This document shows, piece by piece, positions 50,936 to 63,880 of a stretch of DNA of 64,000 nt. Location of the stretch: the NCBI GenBank assembly GCA_012295275.1, contig CM022667.1, forward strand, positions 5,952,001-6,016,000, given 5' to 3'. Position 1 is the stretch's first letter. Each line of letters starts with the position of its first letter. Both the position numbers and the translations under genes were made by a program. Below the pieces are notes generated by a model that saw only the letters and a program-made list of their open reading frames with translations, did not search any database and had not been told where the DNA came from. The stretch is from Chrysomallon squamiferum. Taxonomy: Eukaryota > Animalia > Mollusca.

Positions 50936-51996
50936 ATGTTTCTCAGAGTCTTCAGTGGAGTTATCCTCGTCATTTCTCTCGTAAGTGTGAAAGGTAAAAT
51001 CTCTAACACACAGACAAACATCTACAACTTCAAGTGTTAAAATGTTTCTGCAGAAAAAATATATTTAAAAAATCTACGAAAATTAGATTAATATCTTTAA
51101 CAAGTGAGAAAGCAGAATTATCAAACAAACTATGTACTTTCAAAATTTACTTATTTTGATTTCAAATAATAAATAACAACATATATTAACTAGTTTACAC
51201 CTGATATTTAATAATAATTACAGGCGAGACTACTACAACACTTGACTGTATGTACAACAAGTACACAGTATGTAAAATAACTGTAATACTAAAAATAATA
51301 GATATAGCTGGTATTTAATAATAATTACAGGCGAGACTACTACAATACTTGACTGTATGTACAACAAGTACACAGTATGTAAAATAACTGTAATACTAAA
51401 AATAATAGATATACCTGATATTTAATAATAATTACAGGTGAGACTACTACAACACTTGACTGTATGTACAACAAGTACTCAGAATGTAAAATAACTGTAA
51501 TATTAAAATAATAGATATACCTGATATTTAATAATAATTACAGGTGAGGCTACTACAACACTTGAGTGTATGGGTGGTGGACAACAAGGACAGAGTACAC
51601 AGTTGGTGTGTAAAATAACTGGTTCAGTCAGAAAAGGAATAAGCTTCATAGCACCAGGAGGAACACAAGTTGTACAGTGTAACAGACAAAACACTCGGTG
51701 TGTAGGACAACCTGGTTACTCTGCTGTTGTTGACTCACAAACACAGATAACTCTAACTATTCAGTCTTTCACTGATACAGATGTTGGAACATGGAAATGT
51801 CAGGATGGAGGAGACGGAATTCCATCAACTTGTGACAAAACTAAAATATGTGAGTTGTTCCGTCCACCGGTCATTATTTATGTAGTATTATATCTTCTGT
51901 ATGACTTTTGTATTGTCAACATTACATTCTAGAAATACTTGAAATCTTCAATTAAAGGGAATTGCTGTATTTTCAGTGAAACAGAATAGTTTCATT

Positions 51997-52027
<31 letters not shown>

Positions 52028-55000
52028 TTCTTTTAATTTAGTGTTTTCATACATGTGAGTTGAGACTTGCTTTCATTTCTTTCTTTTTTTTTTTTGTTTG
52101 TTTGTGGTGGGAGGAGTGTTGTTATGATTTTGTTCTCTCATTTTTCTAATTGTATTAATTTATTTTTATTAGTTTGCTTTTATTGTAATAACTATCTGCA
52201 AAAAGTTATATTAAAATAGATTTAAGTTCTTTTCATTTTCTGTATTGTAGGTTCATATAGCTTTCTTTTTTTTTTCTTTGTATTTTTTTTAATGTAATTC
52301 GTCAATTAATCCAAAAAGATGAAATTAGATAAATATTATTTTGTATCACTGTTCAGTTATGGTAGCTGGTCTATTTCACATGAAATGGTATGTTGCTAGC
52401 TACATTTGTTTTAATTTAGATTTCTTTTTTGTAAAATGCATCAGCTGAAAAACAGAAAAAATGAAAACAACAAAACAAGATAAACATTATTTTATATCAT
52501 GACTTTCTGAAAGTAAATATTCTTGTCTTCTTTGGTTTAAGCAAGAGTTTATATGTAGTGATATATGATTTGCTAATCAGAAATGAATACAAAATGAAAA
52601 TGGTAAGGAAGGAAAAAACTGGTATGTACAACAAAAAAACAAAAACTAATACAATTGGAGATAAAACTGACAGAGACACCTGTTTCTGCTAAATCTATAT
52701 ATAATAATGTCAGAATTAAATACTTTCATTGTTCATAATTGTAATACACAATCCACTTATCAACAGTTTCACTTTGGTGATTCCTAAATAATTGTACAGT
52801 AAAATGGACGCCACTGAAAAGCAGTAGGCTGATTGGAATAACTGTCTCACTATCTACATGAGTTAATCCACAGAAAGATTGTGATTTGTTTAAAATGTTT
52901 CATGAAATTCAAAATAAAAACCTCACTCACTTCCTAGAAGTGGAAACTGTTAATAAAATTGGCTGAATAATATTTATTTTACAGTAAATTTATAATTTGA
53001 AGAAATGGATGAGAAGAAGAGAGGGAGAAATAAAAAGAGAATGGTTAAATCATTTGAAACATTTATCATTTGTAATTGTGTTGGACAAATAGTAATACCA
53101 GATGATAAGATTTTGATCACCAAATAATAAAATCCTTCTTTTCATTTCATTATTTTTTATTATTTTTTGTTTCAACTATTCTCTACAGATAGATATGTAA
53201 ATATGTTTTAGGCCAGATTAAAAAAAAACCCAGCTTACTGGAAATATTACCAACATTTGCAAGCCTTGTTAGTTAAAAGAGCAAATATAATATCTGGTTA
53301 TAATCCGGATTTCACTCTTTAATTTTTTTTTTTTTTTTTTTTTTTATTCATTCTTTTCATGCCTATTGTTTTCTTTTTTCTTACTTTTTTTTTTTTAATT
53401 ATTAATTATTTAAAAAATAATATTACCGTAAGTTCAATAGTTCTAATCAGTAATTATAATTAATGTAGAGCTTAAACATAACCATTAAATAATGCTGATT
53501 ATAATACAATTAAAGAGAAACCAATTCTAAACTATCACAGCTATGAATTGCAATCAGAAAATTAGTGTATTCATGCCCAAAATCAGTACTGATCTGACAT
53601 TGTTATAGAATGTTCCTGTTTTAAACTGTCAAATGATAATCATCTTTTTGTCATTGCCTTTCACATTCAGATGGTCCAGACAGTGTCAGACTGAGTCCAT
53701 CATCACCTGGTACAGTTGCAGAAGGTGACACACTGACAGTTACCTGTACTTCTCTCTGTAATCCTGCATGTTCCTATTCCTGGTCAATCAACAATCAAAT
53801 ACGTTCTACAACTTCTCAGTTAACTCTGCCACACATCAGTAGACAACAGACAGGTGAAATATATAAATGTACAGCAAACAACCCGACTACATCAGTGAAA
53901 AAATCTAAACAGTTTCAACTCTATGTTTACTGTAAGTATAATTCAATAAATCTTCTTTGTAGAACATTATCTGTTTTCAAACAAACATTTAACCAAATCT
54001 GAGAAATATGATTTCAGTCCTACATATTTAGAAGAAATGTTTATCAGAATTGTGAATTGATGTGTTTAGAACAAATATTTGAATTAAGCAGTTTTGTTAA
54101 TTTCACAAATTTATGTATTAGTTATGTCTTAGATCGGAAAAAAGTGTTTTAATGTGTTTGTGTGTATATGTATTTACTAAAAAAATACAGTTATTATTTT
54201 ATAAGATATAGTATTCATCTATGCATGTATATATGTAAATGTTTTTCATAGAAATGCTCGAAACTCCATATAATAGTACTTTATAATCAATTCTGTATAT
54301 CACCATTTGTCAGCCATGTAACAAACCATCACAAATATGAATTTCAAAGTGATAAATCATGCTGAAATTTACACTTGGTGCATGATGTGTGCTACACTCT
54401 CTTTGCCAGTCTAATTTATTTTCATATCAGCTATACCTTCATCTTCTCTCCCCTTTCCTGTTCTTTTTTTCCCTTTGCTTTAAAATTACTCACTTTGCAT
54501 TGCCTTTTTGGTCCTTAGTTACAAATGAATTACACACAGAAATGGAATAATTTTTAGATCTGATGCAAACTGACATTCATATGCATGTGTATGATGTTTA
54601 TAAATTAAGGAACTCTATTTACATATTTACTGTGAATTCTGATTTACCGAACCGAGCTCCCCATTTTGAGGGGTTTTATGTGCGTGTATATGATCCTGGG
54701 TGAAAGATCTTACACATACATATACAGAAAGGTGTATCCCTGTCAAAAGGCCATATGTGACATTACTTATTTATTTATTTGTTTTTATTGTTATTTTTGA
54801 TCAAAGTTCATTTATTGAAATTATGGTTATCTTAATTGAGATTAAACTTATTCCCAACGTTTTATTATTAATTTTCTTTAATAAAGAAAGAAATGTTCTA
54901 CTGAAGATAATAGATCATTTGTTACACAGAATGGAATTCACTGGCTATTTCTATATCCAATCCAGTGTCAGTGACTGGTCTGATGATAACAATGGTAGGT

Positions 55001-56531
55001 GATGTAGAACTAAAACTCAGTTAAACATTTTGCAATCTATTATAAGTTAATAAAATAATTATCTTGTATAAAAATATTTCTTTTTCATTTTCCATGCTAA
55101 ATGCCTGTTAAATATTTTCAACCTTTATGCAGCAGTGTAAACCTTGCAGAAATGGTAGAAAGTCTAACATGATTCACTGGTAAGAAAAAGACCATGTATT
55201 TTGCAGTGCTCATAAATTGTTTTAAATAAAAAAAATAGGTTAAATGTAACTGGGATGATAATGTGTTTTACCGTGACTTAATTTTGCTCATTAATATTCT
55301 TCTGTTTGACTTTTCATTTGATGAAATCTTCTCCAAACAATTTTACATCATCCACTTCTTTTCCTACAGACTTTTCTCTTGAGGATATTCCTTTGAAATA
55401 GATCAAAATTGCAGAGATGTTTGAATAGAATCACATAATGTCTGAAAAAGTAAATATTGTCAGTAAACAGAAATAGTTTCTCAGATAAATATAGTCTTGT
55501 TTTTTAAGCCTGATGTCATCTTGCTGATATAAAAATTATATCTGCACTAATGTTGAATGAAAACAAGTTATATGTGAGTGACTGAACATGGGTTCATTTA
55601 AAATATATTCCTAATAAAATCGGTATGTATAATTTTATCATTTACCTTGGAAGACAAACACCAGATCTCTTCAGTCAGACACTACCACTGAACTATGAGC
55701 TGCATTCTGATGTCCCTATTATGAGACATGATAAAAGTTATATAAATATGGTGAAATAAGAACAGAAATGCATCAAAACATAAATATATTAGCACATGAC
55801 AGGCATCATAGAAAATAATTATCTTCTTGCATGGTATTTGGAGTTACTCAGCACTGCTGGCTTTAATATGTTCAAATATATGAAATGACACAAAAATGCC
55901 TATAATCTGTCAAGTTCACCCAAATGGAACATTATTAATGTTTTGTATTTAATCATTTTAGTTTATTAATACTTTCTTGAGCACATGTCTTCTTTACCAA
56001 CGTCACAGAATTGTCTGACAGATTAAGATTGTTGGGGTTTTGTTGTTCTTTTGGGGGCTGTTTTTTTCAGCACAGTCTTGATACTATTTATATGCTATTT
56101 TACTATTAAATATCAAACAAAATTGTAATAGGTCCAAAAGCCTAATTTGTTTTATTCCTGTTCTAAACCCAAGAGATATGACTTGCACATGTGCATTTTA
56201 AATGACTCTTTCATCAGAAATAAAATGGATCTGAAATAGCTATAATATCAAAATAATAGTTTACCTGGTATTACTGTTTAATAATAAATACAGGTGAGAC
56301 TACTATATCACTTGAGTGTAAGTACAACAAGAACACAGCATGTAAAATAACTGTAATATTAAAATAATAGATATACCTGATATTTAATAATAATTACAGG
56401 TGATGGTACTACAACACTTGACTGTATGGGTGGTGGACAACAAGGACACAGTACACAGTTGGTGTGTAAAATAACTTGTTCAGTCACCAGTGGAATCATC
56501 TTCATAGCACCAGGAGGAAGACAAAATGTAA
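50936..56531 (+). CDS. Gene F (5' part; runs into gap): SP-V2a-Ig2-V2b; probably the 5' half of gene D
   Basis: Exons: SP 50936-50993 (MFLRVFSGVILVISLVSVK+G), V2a 51544-51849, Ig2 53671-53931, V2b 56400->56531. All in phase 1. Confidence 0.82.
51195..51575 (+). repeat. About 107-bp tandem repeat carrying four copies of the V2 splice acceptor and exon start
   Basis: ataataattacag|G(C/T)GAG(A/G)CTACTACAA with exon-start positions 51224, 51331, 51438 and 51544 (the real one). Two copies each at 28499/28392, 41121/41228 and about 56294/56400. Confidence 0.9.
51597..56524 (+). repeat. Near-identical direct repeat of 36420-41352 (offset about 15.17 kb)
   Basis: Landmark offsets 36673->51849, 38501->53671, 41228->56400. 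Introns match nearly base for base apart from homopolymer lengths and a few substitutions. Confidence 0.92.
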
Positions 56532-56731
56532 NNNNNNNNNNNNNNNNNNNNNNNNNNNNNNNNNNNNNNNNNNNNNNNNNNNNNNNNNNNNNNNNNNNNN
56601 NNNNNNNNNNNNNNNNNNNNNNNNNNNNNNNNNNNNNNNNNNNNNNNNNNNNNNNNNNNNNNNNNNNNNNNNNNNNNNNNNNNNNNNNNNNNNNNNNNNN
56701 NNNNNNNNNNNNNNNNNNNNNNNNNNNNNNN
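56532..56731. other. Assembly gap (200 N)
   Basis: Fixed-length N run; gene orientation flips back across it. Confidence 0.99.
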
Positions 56732-59700
56732 TTTTACAACAAGATCTGTTCTTTTTTCCCCATTTGACACAGCAACCTGATAGATTCCAAAATCTTCTTG
56801 TTTGACATTTGTCAGTTTATATTCACCTACAGCAGAGACATTTGTAGTGAATACAGGTTGTGTAGATCCAAGACTTTTATTATTTACATCTGTGAGTTTA
56901 TACCAGGTAAATGTTGGAACTGGATTGGCAATCACAGAAATGTGTAGAGTTACATTTCCACCTTCTACAGTAAAATATGTATCCTGAAATAAAACTCGAT
57001 GATCAAGCCTTGGTGAACCTGTAGAGAACAAATTATTGTTATTGAGACGAGAAGAGAAAAAAAGTAAAATAATAATAATGATAGAAATAATGTTCTTTAA
57101 TGACATACATGTAACATTAAGCTGCACACTTTGACTGACATCAGACTTGATGTTGTTTCCTGCTTCACAAGTGTAAAATCCTGTATCCAGACATCCAGCT
57201 TCATTTCAGCTGTACTCCACTGACTTGGAGTTTTTCACTTCACGTAGAATGTGTGAGTTGTTTAACAGTTTGATGTGAGATGCTGGATTACTGTCAACTT
57301 CACATCTCAGAGACATAGGAGTCAGTTCATCAACTGTTATCTTTGCAGACTTTGAATTTAAAGTCAAAGATGTTATTGAAGTCTGATCTGGAACAAGTAA
57401 AAACACTGCAAAGTATTTTGTTAAACACATTTGAACATTAAGTAACGAATATTTTTGCACATTCAGTAGTTATAATCATTCATATTTGGTTGTTAATAAA
57501 TCATTAAATTGTTTCATATATAACATGATATGTTTAAAAACAATGTTAAAGTTCTCTTGAAAGCGTATGTATTTATTTTAAAAAGCAGAAAACAGTTTTA
57601 CTTTTCACAGATTGTATTTCTGTGTTAAAAACCAAATCAGTGCTTTAAAGGAGTCTCTGAATTCAGGTGGCATTCTTGATGTTTTAACTCTAAACACCAG
57701 TGTTGAATTTTAGCAGATTCAGAAGTATGTGGATGTCACACAGTGAAGCAAATTTGAAAGAAAAATAATCAACTAATTGAAATTAATCATGTTCATAAAA
57801 AACAAAAAAATGAAGTCCTTGAAGGAAAAGCATATGCAGTTAATGAATTGATGAAGAATGTTCTAGAGACAATGTAGTTAGAAACAGAGTCTACAAGATA
57901 ACAACTGAAATTCTCCTGTGTAATGTCAGACTGAAATAGAAAAATAAAAATATAAACATCATGTAAACACAATCTGAAAATAATTGTTTATGTATGTATG
58001 TATGTATGTATATATGTATGTACGTACGCATGCATTGTTGGCTGTTTATACAGCCTGAAATAAAGCATAAGTCACTTTTAAGTTATTTACATTTAACAGT
58101 GATTAGCATATAGTAAATTTAAATCATCGACTGTTATCTTTAAAGACTGAGTCTAAAGTCAAAGATATTAATAAACCATGATCTGTAAGAAATAAACAAT
58201 TACTGAAAATAAAAAATGTGTTTGATAGACAATTCTGGTAAAACACGTTTTACAAGTCTCCAACAGTTGAACTGATTTATTTTGAGGAAGAACTACTAAG
58301 CTAACAGGATGACGTCTGAATTTAAAAATTGTTATAAGTTCCTGTTTGGTATTTTTCTTTCTTCCTCTATTTTTCTTCTCTTTTTTTTTCTTTTTAATAT
58401 AACAAGTCTATATTTATTTATTCATTCATTTATTTATTTATTAAATTATCTATGTTTTGAAATAGGTAAACTGAACATTATTACCCTTGCATATCTCGGA
58501 TAATATAAGAACTCTAAAATCAGTAAAAATATTATAAATGTGTTTTGACAAAACTTTTAGAATTGAAACTTTTGTCACCATTTTCCTGTCTATATGTTTC
58601 TTTTTTCCCCCTTTTTCTCCTTCGTTTTCTTCTTTTTAACTTGTATATATATATATTCTTATACATATATATTCTTTTTCTTTTAATAAGCTTTACCTCT
58701 TTCTTTAATTTTGAGTTTTTAATGTGTATAAAATACAGTATATTTATTCAAGAACATCATTCATGTCATTATTTATTTCTATCTTTGTTAAACAGATATT
58801 AATGTTCAAGTACAAATCCTTTTTGAAAATCAAATTATCTATGTTTACTTACACTGAACATCCAAGATAACAGTTTTGTTGTTTGACTTGTTTGTGTTTA
58901 CATTGGTGACAATACACACACAGACTCCAGCCTCTGTTATGTGTATTTGTGTAAAAGAAAGTACAGCATCGTTTATTTCCTTTGTCTGACACTTCCACTT
59001 GTAAGAGCAGAGTTCATCACAGTCTGCCTCACACAAAACAGCCACGTTTTTACCTTCTACTACCTGTACTGGTGAACTTCTGTTCAGTTTAACGTTTTCT
59101 GGACCAACTGAAAATGAAAATAAATCATTTGGTTTGCTTTTTTCTTATATGATAATAGTAATAGTGCAAATAATAATAAAAATAAATAAATAAAATAATT
59201 GTGCTTTCTCTCTATGTTAAATTAATAAATAAAATAAAAAAACAAAAATAGTCTAAATTTTATAATACTTATTACTAATTCTTTCACACGCACACATACA
59301 TACACATACCGAAAATGTACCTTTAAATTATTAATAAAACATGTGTTTAATAGTTCTTTCATTCTTCATATTTTTACTGTTTGAAATAAATGATTAAAAT
59401 ATGATAATTTGCAAGAAAAAATGTTAAAATGTACAATTGTTCAAAAATGCCAATTTAGTTCAAATTACTTGTTTAAAATACTGAAACTAATCTTTGTTTT
59501 ATACATACATACATACATGCATATATACATATATAAAACAGTATTTTATTGATTTATTCTGCAGATTTATCACACTGCTAATAGTAGCTAATAATACAAA
59601 GATAATTAACAATTTAGCACTGACAATAATAATTTAAAATAATTTGAAAACATAAAAAATTCATTTAGATCAGTTATAAATAAATAAATTTCTAAGATTA

Positions 59701-59978
59701 TTTTAAAATTAAACTCACAGTGTACTTTGAGAATGAAACTTTTACTGTTAGTCACAGTACATGTGTACTTCTGTCCTGTCTGGTTTCTTCTCACATTTGT
59801 AACACTGATCTCAGACCCTGACTCAGTCTGTTGATTGTTAAGAGACCAGGAAAACAAACATGGCGGCTTGCAGACAGCAACACAATTTACATTCAAATCA
59901 TCTCCTTCGTCAACATTTCCTGGTAAACTGAACCTAACACTATCTGGCCCACCTGAAAAAATAAATAATAACAACAAA

Positions 59979-60029
<51 letters not shown>

Positions 60030-60276
60030 CATAACATAACATAACATAACATAACATAACATAACATAACATAAACAATAAATATAAGTATGCACATTGA
60101 ATAGGACACAACTTGCCCATCTGAAACAATATTATAAATTACAATATTATAAATTACTTGTCACTCCATGTCATCTAAGCAATTAAAGTGAATATTGTGA
60201 AGTCAGAACAGTATTTCATGCGGAAAGTTTATATATATATATAAAATGTGTTTAATAATAATAATAATAATAATAA

Positions 60277-60307
<31 letters not shown>

Positions 60308-61362
60308 AAGAAGAAGAAGAAGAAGAAGAAGAAGAAGAAGAAATAAAAAGAAATAAAATACACTATAAAATAAACATAAAATAAACACATAATAAACACA
60401 TAAATATGAATAAAACCAGTGAATTTATTTTAGAGTTTCTTGGTATTTATTTTGTAATGAATTTTTCCATCCTTTCAGGTTAGACAAGATTTGGGCCCAA
60501 TCTAAATGATTATAAAAGGTTAGAGAACACCAGACATGTACACAGTTAATTATTTCTGTGGTATAAAAAAAATATAATCCAAATAATACAAGAATGTTTA
60601 ATATATATTACATATTATATATAAGGTATACCTATTTTTTCAATTATTTTAATTTTTGATTCCAGAAATGCAGTTATATAAATTAATTATGATTTAAACA
60701 AATCCTAAGTAAAATATGAATACTTTTTATTTTATTACTATAAATAACATCTTTCTTATAAAAATGTAATTATTTACTTACTGCTCATTTCTAATCTCAG
60801 TGGTTTACTGGACATTCTAGCAGTGTTCAGTTGACAAAACCAGTCTGTGACATCCTGATCTGAAGCTTTGTTAATTGTCAGAGAATACTTCTTAATGGTT
60901 GACAGGCTGCTGTTTGTCCCATCTCCACACTCTACAGAATAACTCTGACTGTCAGCTGGAGGATTAAACACAGAAAACTGATCTAGTTTCTGTCTGAGTA
61001 AAGCAAAACTCACACTGAAACCATCTTTATAAAATATTATTAAGTCATCAAGATTTTCAGCACCTGACACTGTACAAGTCAGAGTAAACTGTTTCTCTTT
61101 GACTAAATGAGACGAAGATCCAGACAAAGTCAGTGAAACACAATCTGTAAAATAAAAGATAAAATCTTTGTTTTCAGTATATCTGTTTCTTCTAGGTTTC
61201 TCAGGTTTTTTTCTTCTTCTTCTTCTTTTTCTTCTTCTTCTTTTTAATAACATTATTATTCAATTTTTAAGTTGGAAACTATTTAGTATCTAGTTATTTC
61301 ACAAAACAAGTATTTAGAGAGAGTTGTTCATATACAATATTTCATTACCCTAAATTCAATTA

Positions 61363-61415
<53 letters not shown>

Positions 61416-62668
61416 CAATAACAATAACAATAATAATAATAATAATAATAACACCTCTTTTATGTCTGAAATGAACACATTTCTAGAATGACAACTGCAT
61501 CAAGTAGAAAATATATTACAGAGATATATGATAGAGTTCAGTATGTGCACTTTGATCAGGTAGCAAATATACTTTTGTTACAGTACTTCACAATGCCAAA
61601 TAATTTTAGATAGTTAGCTATCGTCATGCATAAACTTTGAACAAATGCAGAGCAATGATATTAGAGAAAGCTGGTGCTTGTTTGTCAACGGAAAGAGGTT
61701 TTTTGTTTTGTCTTTTTCCTCTTATATATCCGTTTGAAGAACTTCAATATCTGTAACAATGGAAGTTCCGGTAAATGGGGTTTGAGGTTTGTATGTTAAA
61801 TAATTAATAAAACTTTCATTAAAACAAGCATTTTTCTATGAATTTACTAACAAAATTAATTTTATCTACAGGATATGTGTTCTCGTGGGAAATTGATACT
61901 TATTAATATATTACAGTGTAATCTGTTTTATTTTTAAACAAGTCTGAAATTTTGCTATTGTTTAGTTTTATAGAAAAGAGTGAACACAGGATTCAGAAAC
62001 AGTAAAACTGAAACGTGACTACTTTGTGTTGTATCCTCCCATCCCACTTGTCACACATCTTACAACAACACAGCTGAGTGAACTCCTAACTACCTGAGTG
62101 AACTCCTAACTACCTAGAAAATAGCAATGAACTCCCGTCTGTTAAGACAGAAGAACAGAATCTGTATTCTTAACCATTTATTATAATATAGTCAGCCACA
62201 TAACATATTAGTGGTATGAATTATTAAATCATATTTTGTAAATATAAGAAAGACACATCTAGCACTAGGATGTATATCAATATATACAAAGTTCAGTTGT
62301 TACATTAATGTTACAGAGGTTTGATTAGTTAGATCCTAAGCTGAGTGTGGGAGATAACTCTTTCTACTGCCTGTCAGTATATTTATCCCTAGACTCTATA
62401 CAGACATAAGAAAATAGTAATTAAACTGATTCCTGTAATATCATTAAAAGATTCTTTGATTAAATTATTATAAATATTTTAGCACATAACACATTTGAGA
62501 GAGTTAAAATGAAATAATAAGAAAATATTTGTTATTAAAGTTATTAAAGACTAAAGATCAAAAGTGTATCAGAAATGGGCTATATTTCTATGAATATTTG
62601 CTAAGTAAGAATAAAGAAATTATCATCGGTGACTAATAATATTATTTATTTATTTACGTATGTTATTT

Positions 62669-62743
<75 letters not shown>

Positions 62744-63290
62744 TGTTGTTATTTTCTTGTTGTTATTATTACGTTAATGATGATGATGAAAAAACTAAAA
62801 TGTGACCAAAATTACGCTTGATCAGTAATGGATGTTGTTTAAGTATGATCAGTTGAGTAGGCTTAAACAACATCCGTGACTCAAAATTAATAAAAGTATC
62901 TAAACTGCAATCAAAGAGGAACACTGGTCTGAGTACGTCACATGAATCAGATTTTAATTTTTACTTTTCAGAGAAATATCTTTTAATCACAAATATGAGG
63001 CCGATAATTGATAGTTTTTATTTAAATGTCAAAAATGTATCAGATTCATATGTTTCAGTATAACTCTATTCACTAAAACATTAACAAACATAAAATTAAA
63101 ATAAGTAAAAGGAGGTAGCTATCGTGAGTCAGAATAAAAGTAAAATACTTTTCACAGTTGATAGGCAATCAAGATTGAGCTTCAAGTAGATTTTTACAGT
63201 TTCTGTAAATTTACCTGAAAACACAACACTGTTCAAGAAGAACACGACTAAAATCAGTTTCTTATCGACAGCAGAAAATATCGCAGACAT
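56732..63290 (-). CDS. Gene G (3' end in gap): SP-V1-Ig2-Ig3-Ig4(nonsense)-Ig5; truncated receptor or young pseudogene
   Basis: Exons: SP 63215-63290 (MSAIFSAVDKKLILVVFFLNSVVFS+G), V1 60782-61144, Ig2 59719-59952 (21-nt in-frame deletion vs B), Ig3 58853-59107, Ig4 57109-57387 with TGG->TGA at 57206-57208, Ig5 57018-<56732. Confidence 0.8.
59977..60340. repeat. Compound microsatellites (AAAT)n, (ACATA)n, (AAT)n and (AAG)n
   Basis: Read directly; source of the CYVML and poly-L ORFs. Confidence 0.9.
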
Positions 63291-63339
63291 AATTTATTAA
63301 CTGTAAACACTGACAATATTTCAGATTAAAAATCCCGTT

Positions 63340-63880
63340 CTAAGAAGAATCGACGCTTTTGCTTGCAGTTCACTTCCTGGTTTGTTTCTGTCAACAATGC
63401 ATACTTTTATCCTGATTTAGTTAATGCAATAACATTCCATTTTATATCTGAATTAAAGTTACAGTATTATAGTGACTAAATACAAGCAAATCCTAGTTTC
63501 GATGTTTTATTACAATTATTAGCGATCATTTGATACCACAGGCTAACTCACAGCGAACTTCCACTAAGTTTACAGTATTGAATATAAACTCTAAAACGAG
63601 GCTACGTCCTACCTCTGCTGTGGGTGGGTACAAAGGGTTATGTCCCGGGTGAGTGAGTGCTAAGCAGAGCGAGCTGTTGTGAAGCACGTCTGGGTGAGGC
63701 AGGCTGTTTAACAAAGACATGAAATATGTAAACTTGTATAAATTGTCCTGAAGTTAGTTCTAAGTCCCCGTACTCCTTAATCGCCTTAGAAGTAGAGTGA
63801 CAGGTGTGTGCAATCAAACGTTTAGAACGAACTAATTCTGTAACACAGTTATTAGCGCTAAGAATATGTTTCACAGGTTA
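63340..63880 (-). promoter_or_regulatory. Conserved upstream/promoter block of gene G (ETS core 63371-63380)
   Basis: Homologous to the gene A and B upstream blocks. Confidence 0.6.

Noticed and set aside
50981-50986. Alternative GTAAGT donor inside the F signal exon (GTGAGT at the same place in C)
   Set aside because: Phase 0 would frameshift the V exon to an early stop. The downstream AAG|GTAAAA donor gives the phase 1 used by the rest of the family.
889-61144. V(D)J-like somatic rearrangement of multiple V exons
   Set aside because: Each V exon is complete through the G strand and ends in a normal GT donor. Scattered CACAGTG heptamers (e.g. about 1995, 3232, 41781) have no ACAAAAACC nonamer at 12/23 spacing that I can see and do not mark V coding ends. 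No J-like segments.
62670-62739. Hairpin formed by (AAT)n followed by (ATT)n
   Set aside because: Adjacent complementary microsatellites; no evidence for a structured RNA.
5349-63290. Single Dscam- or protocadherin-like gene with alternative exon arrays
   Set aside because: Repeated exons fall into complete units, each with its own upstream block, signal exon, TM and stop codon, so they are tandem genes. Only V2a/V2b could be alternative cassettes.
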